A DNA stretch of 56,703 nucleotides from Spirulina sp. (GCA_044070495.1 JBIPSI010000034.1:1-56703); one strand, 5' to 3'; shown: positions 1-10,676, numbered from the stretch's first letter. The notes: generated from the letters alone by a model not told the origin. Made by a program: numbers and translations.

Positions 1-139
1 TTTCATTGACAGGAACCTTGGCTTTGTTTCTAAGCTATGTAATTGTCGAGGTTCACTTGCAGTTCCCTCAGGAGCAGCGCGTTTGGCGCGTTTCCCTCAG
101 GCGCTTTATCAATATAGCGAAAGGGACAGGGGCTGTCAA
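1..139 (-). promoter_or_regulatory. rRNA operon promoter and 16S leader (operon lies left of the window)
   Basis: Minus strand has TTGACA (139-134), 17 bp spacer, TATATT (116-111), then a GC hairpin (about 77-90), a boxA-like GAACCTCGACAA (54-43) and GCCAAGGTTCCTGTCAA. This is the layout typical of cyanobacterial rrn leaders; no rRNA sequence itself is in the window. Confidence 0.75.
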
Positions 140-447
140 CAGTTTTCTCGAAAAATATTTTAAAAGCCTGAAGCCCTCACCACGCAAGGGTTTTGAGGTC
201 TGAAAGGAGGCAGATTGCCCAAAATACCCAAAACTTTTTTCAAAAAAATTTCTGAATGACCCCATATCTGGGGTCTTGATAGGGGTTATAAACGGCAGGG
301 ATAGTGTCCTGAAAACTCCGATTGACAAGGGTTTGAGCAGGTTATGGGTAGGTTGAGTGACTACGACCCAAGGGCTGGAGGCTAGCGGCGGCTACCCAAG
401 GTTCCAATCATCGGCTTGAGGTGAAGCAGGAGATCGGGATCGGATGC

Positions 448-1281
448 CTACAGCAACATCTGTTCGATGGCCACAGCGACTCCGTCCTCTTCAACATCTG
501 GGGCAACCCAGTCTGCGGCTTGCTGGACGGCTAGAGGCGCGTTGCCCATGGCGACTCCGATGCCTGCATAGCGAAGCATTTCTAGGTCATTGAAGTTGTC
601 ACCTATGGTCATGACTTGGTCAGGGCTGAGGTCTAGCAGGGTTTCCGCTACGAAGCGTACGGCATCGCCTTTGTTGGCTAGGGGATGGGTGGCTTCCACG
701 AAGTAGTCTACGGATCGGGTGAGATATAGCTCTTGGCTGGGGTATCGTCGCGCTAGGTCGTCTTGGATTTGGCTGAGTAAGTGCGTATTGCCGCTGAGGG
801 CTAGCAGTTTCGTCGTTTCTAGGCGGGTCTGGTTTTGCAGAAGGGCGATCAAGTCTCCCACGGCTATCGGTTGAACGCCTGATCGCTCGGCGTAGGCCTC
901 TGTATCTTCGATGATGGCCCGCACATGCAGTTGGTCATCAATGTACAGGTGTATGGATAGGTGTGCTTGGGCCTCCATGGGTGCTAGATAGGTCAGGATT
1001 TCCAGGGCTAGGGAGCGGGGTAGGGGGGTATGGCGGTGCAGAGTTTGGGTGAGGGGGCATTTGATCAGGGCTCCCTGGTAGGCCATGAGTGGCAGGGTGG
1101 ATTCTATGGCTTGGTGAAAGCGCAGGGCGGCCTGGTACATACGCCCTGTGGCAATGGCTACGGCAATGCCTCGTTGCTTTGCTTGGCGAATGGTTTCTAG
1201 CACCCGTGGCGAGATTTGATTTGATTCCCCCGCTAGGGTGCCGTCAATATCTAGCACCAGTAGCCGAATATCTGTTGTCAT
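448..1281 (-). CDS. Cof-type HAD-IIB family hydrolase
   Basis: DIDGTL motif I, ATGR motif II, KG and GDNFND motifs. Confidence 0.92.
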   Translation of the reverse strand: MTTDIRLLVLDIDGTLAGESNQISPRVLETIRQAKQRGIAVAIATGRMYQAALRFHQAIESTLPLMAYQGALIKCPLTQTLHRHTPLPRSLALEILTYLAPMEAQAHLSIHLYIDDQLHVRAIIEDTEAYAERSGVQPIAVGDLIALLQNQTRLETTKLLALSGNTHLLSQIQDDLARRYPSQELYLTRSVDYFVEATHPLANKGDAVRFVAETLLDLSPDQVMTIGDNFNDLEMLRYAGIGVAMGNAPLAVQQAADWVAPDVEEDGVAVAIEQMLL

Positions 1282-1500
1282 GGGCGTTTTCCTGCACGTT
1301 ATGAATCAGGGGCAGCCCCATTATCCCTAGCGACAGTGCCCGTTGGGTTGGGAAGGGGTTAAGTGCTATTGACATCTGAGTCTATGGGCTAGGGGGAAGC
1401 CGTGTTTTGTGGGTCATAGTAAATACAGCCAAGGTGGTGCGATGACTCGGTCAATCTGATCACCATCGGCTTGTGTTCCGCTGACGTTGGAGGTTTACCA

Positions 1501-1761
1501 ATGCCCGATGCCCTGATGTACCAGGAGGAGATGTATGTGGTGCTGATGCCCGGTGAGGCAGAATTTTTTGCCACCCCAGAGGAACTGCTGGCCCAGTTGA
1601 CGGATCTGTTGGCGGAACGGCAGGAGGACTTGCCCCGAGATTTGCAGAAATTTAGCACCGTAGCTGAGCAGGCTAAACACCTGCGGGATACAGCCTGCGA
1701 GCTAGAATTGCGACCGGGTGAAGCGATGCAGTGGTATGTGGTGCGGCTAGAGAAGTCGTGA
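1501..1761 (+). CDS. crr7: Chlororespiratory reduction 7 (CRR7) family protein, NDH-1 assembly
   Basis: MPDALMYQEE...LPRDLQKF...CELE...QWYVVRLEK matches cyanobacterial CRR7; ATG at 1501 preferred over TTG at 1471. Confidence 0.8.
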   Translation: MPDALMYQEEMYVVLMPGEAEFFATPEELLAQLTDLLAERQEDLPRDLQKFSTVAEQAKHLRDTACELELRPGEAMQWYVVRLEKS

Positions 1762-1765
1762 GTTG

Positions 1766-1805
1766 CCCCTCACCCCCAGCCCCTCTCCCAGGCAGGAGAG
1801 GGGAG
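1766..1805. repeat. Cyanobacterial palindromic dispersed repeat (CCCTCACCCCCAGCCCCTCTCCC...GGAGAGGGG)
   Basis: Hairpin-forming; the same family occurs at 24811-24833/25014-25037 and as a fragment near 19209. Confidence 0.75.
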
Positions 1806-1889
1806 CCAGAACCCGCTGTCACAGGATCTCTTTTGGGCATGGGAGGAGGCTGGTGCAAACGGATGGTTCCAGGAAGAAAGCATTTTGAC

Positions 1890-2522
1890 CTACGAGGTCT
1901 GCCAAGCGGCTTCAAAGAAGTTGAATTCGCACACCATGGCGTAGCGGTAGGTGCGTTGGGTGAGGTCGTTATCCACAGCCTGGGCGTTGACCAGTTCCTC
2001 TAGCTGTTGGGCGAGGGGTTCAAATTGGTCGCTGCTGTAGGTGTTAATCCAGGTGGTGTAAGGGTGTGGACTGGGCTGGTTTGCCGCCAGGGATTGCCCC
2101 AAAAAGGCGTAGAGCCGCATACAGGGCGACATGGCCACGGCGGTGGTGCCCGGATCGGCACTCCAGGCAGTGTTGAGCAAAAAGTCGGTGTATTGTCGGG
2201 TGGCGTTACCCGGTGCCACGGTGGAGAGGTCTACGCCCCACTCCTGGGCATAGCCGCCGTGGAGGTTTAGTTCCTCCAGCACCCCCGCCGTTAGCCCGTG
2301 GAACACCTGAAAAACCTCCCAGGTCGGAGCCTTGGCCGCTGCGATGCTGTAGGCCCGCGCGAAGGCTTCCAGGAAAAAGGTATCCTGCCCCACGTAGTAG
2401 GCAAACTTGGCCCGATCCAGAGAGCCATTGCCAATGCCCTGCACAAAGGGATGGGTGAGGGTGGCAGTGGCTAGGTCTTGATTGGCCTGCCAAAGGGATT
2501 GGGAAAGGGGGGGATGGGACAC
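1890..2522 (-). CDS. tenA: TenA family thiaminase II / aminopyrimidine aminohydrolase
   Basis: HPFV...G.L...F.YY..QD..FLEAFAR, PCMRLY, YTTWINTY, EFNFF motifs; probable GTG start at 2522. Confidence 0.88.
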   Translation of the reverse strand: MSHPPLSQSLWQANQDLATATLTHPFVQGIGNGSLDRAKFAYYVGQDTFFLEAFARAYSIAAAKAPTWEVFQVFHGLTAGVLEELNLHGGYAQEWGVDLSTVAPGNATRQYTDFLLNTAWSADPGTTAVAMSPCMRLYAFLGQSLAANQPSPHPYTTWINTYSSDQFEPLAQQLEELVNAQAVDNDLTQRTYRYAMVCEFNFFEAAWQTS

Positions 2523-2626
2523 GGGGAATATAGTCGATGGGTGAGTAGCGCAGGACTCTTCCTTTGGGTAGGTGGCAGAGGGGATCTGGTTTCCTAATAT
2601 TAAGGCCATCGTACGGCGTGTTCCCA

Positions 2627-3796
2627 ATGGATATCCTGAAAACGGTTCTCAGGGCGTGGGGCATCGGCACTCTGTCGGTGCTGGGCGCTCTGGTGGGTGG
2701 CTTTCTAATGTGGTTCGTGGTGAAGGCGGTGCTTGAGCCTCGTGGTGCGGCATTGTCGGCCTGCGTGGCTGAGGTGGCCTGTCAATTTACGGTGGTGAAC
2801 GGTAGTGCGAGTGTGCGGGTTGTGGGGTTTTCCGATGATGGCCGTTACCTGATTACCAAAGGGAGCGATACCCTTATTCATCGGGCAGACAGCGGGGATC
2901 GGGTGGCCCGTATCAACCCCGACTTCAGCCCCTTTGAGCTTAAGTTTATGGGGCAAATCCCAGAGGTAGCGGCAGTGGGCCGAGAAACGATTACCTTCTA
3001 TGACTATGGGGGGAATCTGCTGCGCACCTGGAGCGCCGATGCCGATGAGAAAACGACGGGGTTTGTCGCGTTGCCCAATCTCAATGGCTTCGCCCTAGCC
3101 CAGGACGATGGCATTACCTTCTATCGCCTCAGCGATGGTCAAGCCTTTACAACCCTGCCCAACTCCCAGGGAATGACCCAGCTCACGGTTTCGGAGGAGG
3201 GGCTAGTTTTGGCTGCCTATCATGGGGCAACCCAAAGCCTGCATATTTGGCCCCTCAACAACCTAGAAGGGGCCGTCGTGATTCCCCACGGTAGAGAGAT
3301 CCGCGACCTTGTTCACACCAACCTCCAAATTAGCCGCGATGGTTCCTTGATTGCGGCCCACAGCAACAATACCGCCTATGTATGGCGCACCGTTGATGGC
3401 ACCCTGCTCCAGAGCTTCCACCAGCCCGACTTCACCATTACGGCAATTTCCCTAGCAAAAAGTGGATCCCATTTAGCCATTGGCTATGACGATGGTTTTG
3501 CAGAGGTATGGTCTTTGACCGAGGCAAACATGGTGCAACAGTTTGAACACCGTCGCGGGATTTTTGGGCTTGCCCTATCTCCCGATGCCAACCAACTAGC
3601 GGTAGGCTTGAGCCGAGACACGAGCACTCGCCAGATTACGGCCTCTGAACGGGATCTCGCTCGGAGACAATATCAACAGGGGCAGCGAGTGAACACGGCA
3701 GACCGATTCCTCACCCCCAACACCACCTATGTGTCCACTCGGCCAGGGTTTGGCATTGTTTGGGAGGTCAGTGCAACCAGTGACACAACTCCGTAG
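2627..3796 (+). CDS. Membrane-anchored WD40/beta-propeller repeat protein
   Basis: N-terminal TM helix; repeated S.DG..L/IA and ...VW motifs. Confidence 0.7.
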   Translation: MDILKTVLRAWGIGTLSVLGALVGGFLMWFVVKAVLEPRGAALSACVAEVACQFTVVNGSASVRVVGFSDDGRYLITKGSDTLIHRADSGDRVARINPDFSPFELKFMGQIPEVAAVGRETITFYDYGGNLLRTWSADADEKTTGFVALPNLNGFALAQDDGITFYRLSDGQAFTTLPNSQGMTQLTVSEEGLVLAAYHGATQSLHIWPLNNLEGAVVIPHGREIRDLVHTNLQISRDGSLIAAHSNNTAYVWRTVDGTLLQSFHQPDFTITAISLAKSGSHLAIGYDDGFAEVWSLTEANMVQQFEHRRGIFGLALSPDANQLAVGLSRDTSTRQITASERDLARRQYQQGQRVNTADRFLTPNTTYVSTRPGFGIVWEVSATSDTTP

Positions 3797-3908
3797 CCCC
3801 GTACGCTACCCCCCAAGGATCTCCAGCCTCACCCGGTGGAACACCTCTACCCTAGGCATACCGGGTGATTCAGCCCAGCGCCATGGCTGCAACGCCAGCA
3901 CAGCCGAC

Positions 3909-4691
3909 CTATGGAAGAGCGCTATCCCCGCCAAGGGTGAGCAGTGATTCCGCCAGTTCTAAGGAGAAATAATAGGCGTCCTTGGCCTCGCCCCACAGCA
4001 CCTCGAAGGGTTGGCTGGGTTCCCCTAGATGGCTGATCACCAAGCTGGCCCCCGGCATAGGCTGGTTGCGGGTGTAGTCGTTAATCGTCACCACCGTTGG
4101 CAACCCAGCCGCCACGGCAGCGAGGACGCCCTGTTGGCTGTCTTCCAAGACCAGGCAACGATTGCGGGGCAAGTCCATGGTTTCGACGACCAGGTGATAG
4201 ATATCTGGAGATGGCTTTTTGGCAGGCACCATATCTCCGGCGGCAATCACCTCAAACCAACCGGGAGACTCTGGCCCTAGGAGTTGTTCGAGCAGGGGCA
4301 GCACCGAATCCTTGGCGCTGGTGGTGGCAATGGCGAGGCGCACATTTTGCTGGCGGGCTTCGTTCAGCAATCGCCGCACCCCAGGCCGCAGGGGGATGAC
4401 GTTGGCGGCAAGGAGATCCTTAAAATGCCGCCCTTTAGCTTGATGTAGGGCGGTGATCAGTTCCGTAGGATCGCCCTGGGGTAAGCCCTTGGGTTGGTAT
4501 CGCTCAAGGTAGTAACGAATCCGCTCTTTGCCCCCCGCCACCCGCAGCAGTTGGCCGTAGAGACCCACTGACCACTGCCAGGGCAGGCCCATTTCCTCGA
4601 AGGCACGGTTAAAGGCAACCCGATGGCCATCGCGTTCGGTTTCGGCCAGGGTGCCATCCACATCAAAAATTAGCGCAGCGGGCAGGGTCAT
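3909..4691 (-). CDS. cbbY: CbbY-like HAD-IA hydrolase
   Basis: FDVDGTLAETERDGHRVAFN, GGKERI, KKPSPDIY, EDS motifs. Confidence 0.88.
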   Translation of the reverse strand: MTLPAALIFDVDGTLAETERDGHRVAFNRAFEEMGLPWQWSVGLYGQLLRVAGGKERIRYYLERYQPKGLPQGDPTELITALHQAKGRHFKDLLAANVIPLRPGVRRLLNEARQQNVRLAIATTSAKDSVLPLLEQLLGPESPGWFEVIAAGDMVPAKKPSPDIYHLVVETMDLPRNRCLVLEDSQQGVLAAVAAGLPTVVTINDYTRNQPMPGASLVISHLGEPSQPFEVLWGEAKDAYYFSLELAESLLTLGGDSALP

Positions 4692-4947
4692 AGGGGCCAG
4701 AATCGAACAATCAGTAGAGGGTCAGGGAAGACTCAAGCGCAGGTTCGACAGGAGCAAGGGACAGGGATTCAGGAGCGTCGGCAGGCTGTCAGCCAACTAT
4801 CAACGAACCGATAGGGAGGGGTTATGGGGATAGGCAAAAGCACCCTGATTCTAGCCGAGAAGCCGCCCATTTCGCCGTAGGATGAAGAAGCGTACCCTTG
4901 GCCCCAGGGACTTTGTGGGGGCACTGTTGTCAACGGCTACCACTGGA

Positions 4948-5943
4948 ATGGACATCAAACGCGGCTTTGTCGATACGATTGGAAACACCCCGCTCATTCG
5001 CCTCAACAGCGTCAGTGAGGCCACGGGCTGCGAGATTTTGGGCAAAGCAGAATTCCTCAATCCCGGCGGTTCGGTGAAGGATCGAGCGGCACTCTACATC
5101 ATTGAGGATGCCGAGAAAAAAGGCCTGCTGAATCCCGGTGGCACCGTGGTGGAAGGCACCGCTGGCAACACGGGCATTGGCCTCGCCCACATCTGCAACG
5201 CCAAGGGCTACCGCTGCCTGATCGTCATCCCCGATACCCAATCCCAGGAAAAAATTGATCTGCTGCGTACCCTAGGGGCCGAAGTTCGCACCGTGCCCGC
5301 CGTACCCTACCGCGACCCTAACAACTACGTCAAACTGTCGGGTCGCCTCGCCGAGGAGTTGGACAACGCCATTTGGGCCAACCAGTTCGATAACCTGGCC
5401 AACCGCCAAGCCCACTACGCCACCACTGGCCCAGAAATTTGGCAGCAAACCGAGGGCACCGTGGATGCCTGGGTGGCCGCTACGGGCACCGGGGGCACCT
5501 ATGCCGGAACCGCCCTGTTTTTGAAAGAGAAAAACCCCAAGATTCAATGCGTTGTTGCCGACCCCATGGGCAGCGGCCTCTATAGCTTCATCAAAACCGG
5601 GGAAGTCAACATCCAGGGCAACTCCATCACCGAGGGCATCGGCAACAGCCGCATCACCGCCAACATGGAAAACGTCCCCATCGACGACGCTGTTCAAATC
5701 AGCGACCCCGACGCCCTCAAAGTGCTCTACCAACTGCTGTACAAAGACGGCCTGTTCATGGGCGGATCTGTCGGCATCAACGTCGCCGCCGCCGTGCAAC
5801 TGGCCCAGCGCCTCGGCCCCGGCCACCGCATTGTCACCATCCTCTGCGATGGCGGCTCCCGCTACCAATCCCGCATCTACAGCCGCCCCTGGCTAGAGGA
5901 AAAGGGCCTTTGGAGCGACGATCTGCTGCCCAGCGCATACTAG
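4948..5943 (+). CDS. cysK: Cysteine synthase A (PLP-dependent)
   Basis: IGNTPL, KAEFLNPGGSVKDR, GTGGT, EGIG; ATG at 4948. Confidence 0.93.
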   Translation: MDIKRGFVDTIGNTPLIRLNSVSEATGCEILGKAEFLNPGGSVKDRAALYIIEDAEKKGLLNPGGTVVEGTAGNTGIGLAHICNAKGYRCLIVIPDTQSQEKIDLLRTLGAEVRTVPAVPYRDPNNYVKLSGRLAEELDNAIWANQFDNLANRQAHYATTGPEIWQQTEGTVDAWVAATGTGGTYAGTALFLKEKNPKIQCVVADPMGSGLYSFIKTGEVNIQGNSITEGIGNSRITANMENVPIDDAVQISDPDALKVLYQLLYKDGLFMGGSVGINVAAAVQLAQRLGPGHRIVTILCDGGSRYQSRIYSRPWLEEKGLWSDDLLPSAY

Positions 5944-6105
5944 CTGGATCCAAAAACATCTCAGGCAACTTTATTCCATTCCCAACATCTATGGGTATGA
6001 TCGAAGCATTGCTCCGGGTGGGTAATTGGCCTAATCCGGCGGCTCGGTTGTGGAGATTGTGCTGTCTCACGCTCTCCAATCCATTCATCTTCCAGGATCG
6101 CTGCC

Positions 6106-6726
6106 GTGCCCGACACCTCCAAGCCCATCCCCCCCAACCCCAACTCATCCCCTGATCCCGCGTTGTCTCAAACCCCCGATAAAAAACCAGCCGCCGCGCC
6201 CAATCCCTGGGTAGAAGTGCTGCAAACCATTGGCCTCAGCGTAGTGTTGGCCTTTGGGATTCGTCATTTTGTAGCCGAGGCCCGCTACATTCCCTCCGGT
6301 TCCATGCTGCCCACCCTAGAGGTGAACGACCGCCTGGTGGTGGAAAAAATTAGCTACCGCTTCAACCCACCCGAACGGGGCGATATCGTCGTCTTTTGGC
6401 CCCCTGACAGCCTCACCCCTCCCGGCAAACGCCGCGATGCCTTTATTAAACGGGTGATTGGCCTTCCGGGCGAAGAGGTGACGATTCGCGATGGACAGGT
6501 CTTGATCAATGGCGAAGCGCTAGTTGAGGACTACATTCAAGCCCCGCCTGACTACCAATGGGGGCCAGAACAGGTGCCTGAAGACCACTACCTGGTACTA
6601 GGTGACAACCGCAACAGCAGCTACGACAGCCATGCCTGGGGGTTTTTACCGGGCGAAAACATCATCGGCAAAGCCACCGTACGCTTTTGGCCCCCCGGTC
6701 GCATTGGCTGGCTGGATACCGAGTAA
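6106..6726 (+). CDS. lepB: Signal peptidase I
   Basis: IPSGSMLPTL (catalytic Ser), FIKRVIGLPG (Lys), GDNRNSSYDS. Confidence 0.95.
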   Translation: MPDTSKPIPPNPNSSPDPALSQTPDKKPAAAPNPWVEVLQTIGLSVVLAFGIRHFVAEARYIPSGSMLPTLEVNDRLVVEKISYRFNPPERGDIVVFWPPDSLTPPGKRRDAFIKRVIGLPGEEVTIRDGQVLINGEALVEDYIQAPPDYQWGPEQVPEDHYLVLGDNRNSSYDSHAWGFLPGENIIGKATVRFWPPGRIGWLDTE

Positions 6727-6844
6727 GCAGAGACCGAATCAACCAGAGACCAAAGGCTGAATCCACCCCTTGCAGCAAAGGGTCTTGTCATTTGCGGTAG
6801 GCGATAGAGAGACTGGGGGGTGAGTAACGGCAGCCATCAACACC

Positions 6845-7198
6845 CTAGGTTTCTGGCACAGCATGAAAGCGAGGATGAAGGTGGGCCGATACAGGCTGGC
6901 CTTTGCCAAAATGCTGATCCACAATGGTCGCTACATCCCCAGGGCGCAGACGGCAATACCAAATATCGTCGGGCAAAATACGCACCGTTGGCCCAGAACT
7001 ACACTGCCCCATACAGCCACTTGCCGACACTAAAATATGGGCCGATTGATGGGATTGAAAGGCCGCTAACACTTCGGCAGCCTGATTTCGCAGGCAGGAT
7101 CGATACTGACAAACCTGAACCAACCAACGCCGAGAGGTATCCGTTGAGTCAGCTAACAGCGGGAGCGGGTTTGAGCAAGGAGGAATGGGATCCGACAC
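6845..7198 (-). CDS. Thioredoxin-like (2Fe-2S) ferredoxin
   Basis: VCQYRSC...SGCMGQCSSGPTV...WY motif. Confidence 0.82.
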   Translation of the reverse strand: MSDPIPPCSNPLPLLADSTDTSRRWLVQVCQYRSCLRNQAAEVLAAFQSHQSAHILVSASGCMGQCSSGPTVRILPDDIWYCRLRPGDVATIVDQHFGKGQPVSAHLHPRFHAVPET

Positions 7199-7343
7199 AA
7201 ACGGTGATACCGAAAAATTAAGCTTTACTTATCCTAGCGTCTACCTTGTTTCTAGGCAGGAACCACCCCCTAGAGTTCAGCACCATCGATATACCGTCCA
7301 AGGGTAGAAATAGGCAGAAAGAGAAGAGGCACAGGCCGACTAA

Positions 7344-7495
7344 GAGGATGTTTGAAAAGTCCTGTTGCTTGTAGCAACGGTGGCGATCCCCCTAAATCCC
7401 CCTTAGAAAGGGGGACTTTTACCCCCCTTTCCAAGGGGGGCAGGGGGGATCGGCGGGTGACTAAAGCTACAGGGGATCTCTTTTCAAACGCCCTC
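7344..7495. mobile_element. MITE with IS5-like ends and TAA target duplication, carrying the GATCCCCC...GGGGGATC core (7385-7451)
   Basis: TIRs GAGGATGTTTGAAAAG / CTTTTCAAACGCCCTC; TAA at 7341-7343 and 7496-7498. Confidence 0.8.
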
Positions 7496-7575
7496 TAAAC
7501 GTTACAAAAAGCAGCAGTTAGCTCATTCCCAAAACCTCCGGGTCTAAGATTTAAAAGGTTGTTCAGGAACACATC

Positions 7576-8571
7576 ATGGTCAGCCAAACCTTTGGGACAT
7601 TGGCCCAGGGTGCCATTGCCAAGTATTTGAAACAAGCCACGTCCTACGAAGCGGGGGTGCTTGCCGATAATGACCCCGAAGACTTGCACCAAATGCGGGT
7701 GGGGTTGCGGCGGCTAAGAACGGCCCTCCAGGTGTTTGAGGTCGGCATTGTGCTGCCCAAGGCAGGACGAGAGCCGAGGGTGGCCAAAATTGGGCAACGG
7801 CTAGGAAATTTGCGCGATTTAGACGTGATTGGCGACACCCTGCGTCAACAGTATTTGCCCCACCTGCCGGAGGAAGAACAGAGGGAGTTGTTGGCGGTGA
7901 TTGATCACCTCGCCCAAACCCGCCAGCACGCCTTTAAGGATGTAAAAAAACTACTGGTCAGCGATGCCTATCAGGCAATGAAGCAAGCCCTGGGAGCCTG
8001 GGCCAAGAAACCCGCCTATCAACCCCTGGGCCATTGTTCGGCGGCGATGGTGATTCCAGACGTGGTGCTACCCCTCGTTAGTGACCTGTGGCTGCATCCC
8101 GGCTGGTGGGTGGGGGCCAAAGTCACACACCACAACCCAGCGATACGCCCTCGCTTGAGTATGGCCGATGCCGATGCCCTGATTGCCGAGGAAGGCTACC
8201 TGCTCCACAGCCTACGCAAGCAAGTTAAGCGGGTGCGCTACCAACTGCGGGTGGTGGCCCCCCTCTACGGCGATGCCCTAGAAGCCGATTTGGAACGCCT
8301 CAGCGCCATGCAAGACACCCTTGGCTATCTGCAAGACAGCGTGGTGCTGGAGGACTTCATGGCCCAGGTAAATCCTAAAACCCGACGCCAAATGCCCGTT
8401 ATGGGCGAACTTCTGGCCCAGAACCGTCATCAATCCTGGCGGCAGTGGCAAACCTACCAAAAACATTACCTGGACAGCGACGTTCGACAACAACTCCGGC
8501 TCACCCTGCTGCAACCGGGTAAACCGTCAGAAAAAACCGCCGCATCCCCAGTTCCCCAAACCGTGGGATAG
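7576..8571 (+). CDS. CHAD domain (polyphosphate-binding) protein
   Basis: DPEDLHQMRVGLRRLR, LG.LRDLDV, LHSLRKQVKRVRY, QD.LG.LQD. Confidence 0.9.
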   Translation: MVSQTFGTLAQGAIAKYLKQATSYEAGVLADNDPEDLHQMRVGLRRLRTALQVFEVGIVLPKAGREPRVAKIGQRLGNLRDLDVIGDTLRQQYLPHLPEEEQRELLAVIDHLAQTRQHAFKDVKKLLVSDAYQAMKQALGAWAKKPAYQPLGHCSAAMVIPDVVLPLVSDLWLHPGWWVGAKVTHHNPAIRPRLSMADADALIAEEGYLLHSLRKQVKRVRYQLRVVAPLYGDALEADLERLSAMQDTLGYLQDSVVLEDFMAQVNPKTRRQMPVMGELLAQNRHQSWRQWQTYQKHYLDSDVRQQLRLTLLQPGKPSEKTAASPVPQTVG

Positions 8572-8633
8572 CTCCTTGCAGGTGGGGTACAGTCCCCAAG
8601 CCCTGCACAGTTGAAAAGACGACCCGTTCAACC

Positions 8634-9761
8634 CTAGTCATCCCACAATCGGCGGCGGTCTGGGCCTTTGAGGCGGTCGTGGGTGTCGCGTAGTAGGGCA
8701 GGGATATTGAGATTCTCAGGGCAACGAGGCAGACAGTCGCCGCAGTCGGTGCAGCGGTTGGCCTTGCGTCCGGGGAACCAGTGGCCCGCGTTTTCAAACA
8801 TGCGGTAGCGGTATTCCCCAAAGGCTTGCATGTCGTAGGCTAGGGCCAGATTTCGCAGGCGCAGCACTTCGGGAATGTGAATCTCCTCCGGGCAGGGCAG
8901 GCACTCGTAGCACTGGCGGCAGAGATCGGTGCTTAGGACGGCGGCAGGACGTTGATCCAATCGAGCCAAGGCGGCGGCTTCGGCGGGAGTGAGGGGATCG
9001 GTGCGGCGGGCTAAATCCTTTAAAAAATCCAGTTCCCCAGGGCAGGCAGGCCCGGTACTAAGGGTGGTAATACCCGGTTGGCTCAGCAGCCAACGATAGG
9101 TGAGAAACAGGGGGTCAAAAGGCTGACACACCTGCCGCAGAGTGTCCGGCGGCGTATAGATCATCCCGCCCTTGTCGCCGGGGGAGATGATGAACACACC
9201 GAGGTCTAGCGCCTGGGCTAGGTGAATCAGGGGAGCATGGCGCTGAAAAAAGTAGTAGTAATGCAGCAGCACAAAGCTAAACAGCCCCGTTTCCATGGCG
9301 GCCTGGATCACCTCGCGGGGGCCGTGGGTCGAAAATCCCACATGGCCAATTTTGCCGTCCCCTTGAGCCTGGTGGACAGCGGCCATACAGCCGTCGGGGT
9401 TCTGCACCCAGGCAAGGTGTTCGGGGGTATTGAGACCATGGATAGCAAGGCAGTCTACCCGATCCACCCGCAGCCGTTCTAGGGAATCCGTCAACAACTG
9501 GGCCATGGCTTCCCGGCTAGGCTGGGGCGGAATTTTGGTGGTCAGCACCAGGTTTTCAGGCTTGCCCCGACGGTGCAGCCAGTTCCCTAACCAGCGTTCG
9601 CTCGGCCCATAGCCCCGCGCCGTTTCGATGTGGTTGATACCGAGTTCTAGTGCCCGTTCTAGGGTGGCCTCAAAGGTTTCTGGGCTATCCAACCCGCGCA
9701 TGGTGCCCAGGGAAAACACCGACAGGCTCAGGTTGGTTTTGCCAAACCGCCGATACTGCAT
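8634..9761 (-). CDS. Aldo/keto reductase with C-terminal 4Fe-4S dicluster domain
   Basis: MQYRRFGKT...SLGTMR, ETARGYG; CRQCYECLPCP and CTDCGDCLPRCP; ATG at 9761. Confidence 0.9.
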   Translation of the reverse strand: MQYRRFGKTNLSLSVFSLGTMRGLDSPETFEATLERALELGINHIETARGYGPSERWLGNWLHRRGKPENLVLTTKIPPQPSREAMAQLLTDSLERLRVDRVDCLAIHGLNTPEHLAWVQNPDGCMAAVHQAQGDGKIGHVGFSTHGPREVIQAAMETGLFSFVLLHYYYFFQRHAPLIHLAQALDLGVFIISPGDKGGMIYTPPDTLRQVCQPFDPLFLTYRWLLSQPGITTLSTGPACPGELDFLKDLARRTDPLTPAEAAALARLDQRPAAVLSTDLCRQCYECLPCPEEIHIPEVLRLRNLALAYDMQAFGEYRYRMFENAGHWFPGRKANRCTDCGDCLPRCPENLNIPALLRDTHDRLKGPDRRRLWDD

Positions 9762-9813
9762 GGGTATCGCGGCAGGGGAATCGTGCGCTATCACAGGCTG
9801 GGCGGTCAAGGGC

Positions 9814-10332
9814 TTAGCTATCAAAGGCGTCGTTGCTGGTGGAGGAACGTCCACCCCGCTGAGTGAAGTCCGACGGGCTGAGGTTGGCCAAAAAGGCTTG
9901 GAAGGCTTGCTTTTCGGCTTCATCCGCATCCCGATCCACGGGCATGGAGGCTTCGGCCACCACTTCCTCCATCACCCAGATCGGCGCATCCAGACGCAGG
10001 GCAATGGCGATGGCGTCGCTGGGGCGGGCATCTAGTTCGCGGCGGGTTTCGCCCTTCACCAGGGTCAGCAGGGCATAGAACGTGTTGTCCCGCAGGGCGT
10101 GGATCACCACCCGCTCTAGGGTCATGTCCCAATCTTCGATCAGGTTGACAAACAGGTCGTGGGTGAGGGGACGGGGCGACACCTGATTCTCCAGTGCCCC
10201 GATAATGGATCCGGCCTGCTCTCGGCTAATGTAGATCGGAAGCTGCCGCCGCTCCGTGGTGTCCCGCAGCAGGATGACGGGGCTACGCGACACCGCATCA
10301 AGGGCAATCCCGGCGACTTTCATTTCAATCAT
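9814..10332 (-). CDS. Bifunctional nuclease family protein (DUF151)
   Basis: LPIYI, RPLTHDL, DARPSDAIAIALR. Confidence 0.92.
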   Translation of the reverse strand: MIEMKVAGIALDAVSRSPVILLRDTTERRQLPIYISREQAGSIIGALENQVSPRPLTHDLFVNLIEDWDMTLERVVIHALRDNTFYALLTLVKGETRRELDARPSDAIAIALRLDAPIWVMEEVVAEASMPVDRDADEAEKQAFQAFLANLSPSDFTQRGGRSSTSNDAFDS

Positions 10333-10676
10333 TGGCTTAGCCTCTTGGCTCCAGGGATGGGCAGGATAAACCCCCCGCCTCAGGGTATTAGAGTAGTATG
10401 GCTAGGAAATGGGCCATCGAGATAGGACGATTTTTATTGTTTTTTTGATCCGTTGCGGTGTCAGGCCGCCCCTAGATTAGGCCGTCACGGGGGTTGTCTA
10501 TTCCTGGGTCAGGCCGCTAAATGCAGTCGCCCATCGGCACAGGGTAGCCTGCAATCAAACTCCTGCTAACTCAGTATGCCCTGATCCTACCCTCCCTGAG
10601 CGATCCTGAACCTGAGATTTTAGGGCCTCTCCAGATTTCCCCACTCCATTGTTATCGTTCACCCATTCCATCTGCC

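Noticed and set aside
140..345. AT-rich stretch resembling a CRISPR leader
   Set aside because: No repeat-spacer array or cas gene; it lies upstream of the rrn-like promoter and is better explained as rrn upstream sequence.
2523..2626. TPP riboswitch upstream of tenA
   Set aside because: No GCTGAGA / CCTGA..GGTAAT.C..CG.AGG motifs in the short divergent gap.
6820..7221. 133-aa plus-strand ORF and the many other antisense or shifted ORFs (for example 5272-5868, 28920-29516, 36188-36805)
   Set aside because: Shadow ORFs of GC-rich genes that have clear motifs in another frame.
9762..9929. 56-aa N-terminal extension of the aldo/keto reductase
   Set aside because: Overlaps the DUF151 gene; the family start MQYRRFG is at 9761.
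10333..10676. FMN riboswitch upstream of ribE
   Set aside because: No recognisable RFN consensus blocks.
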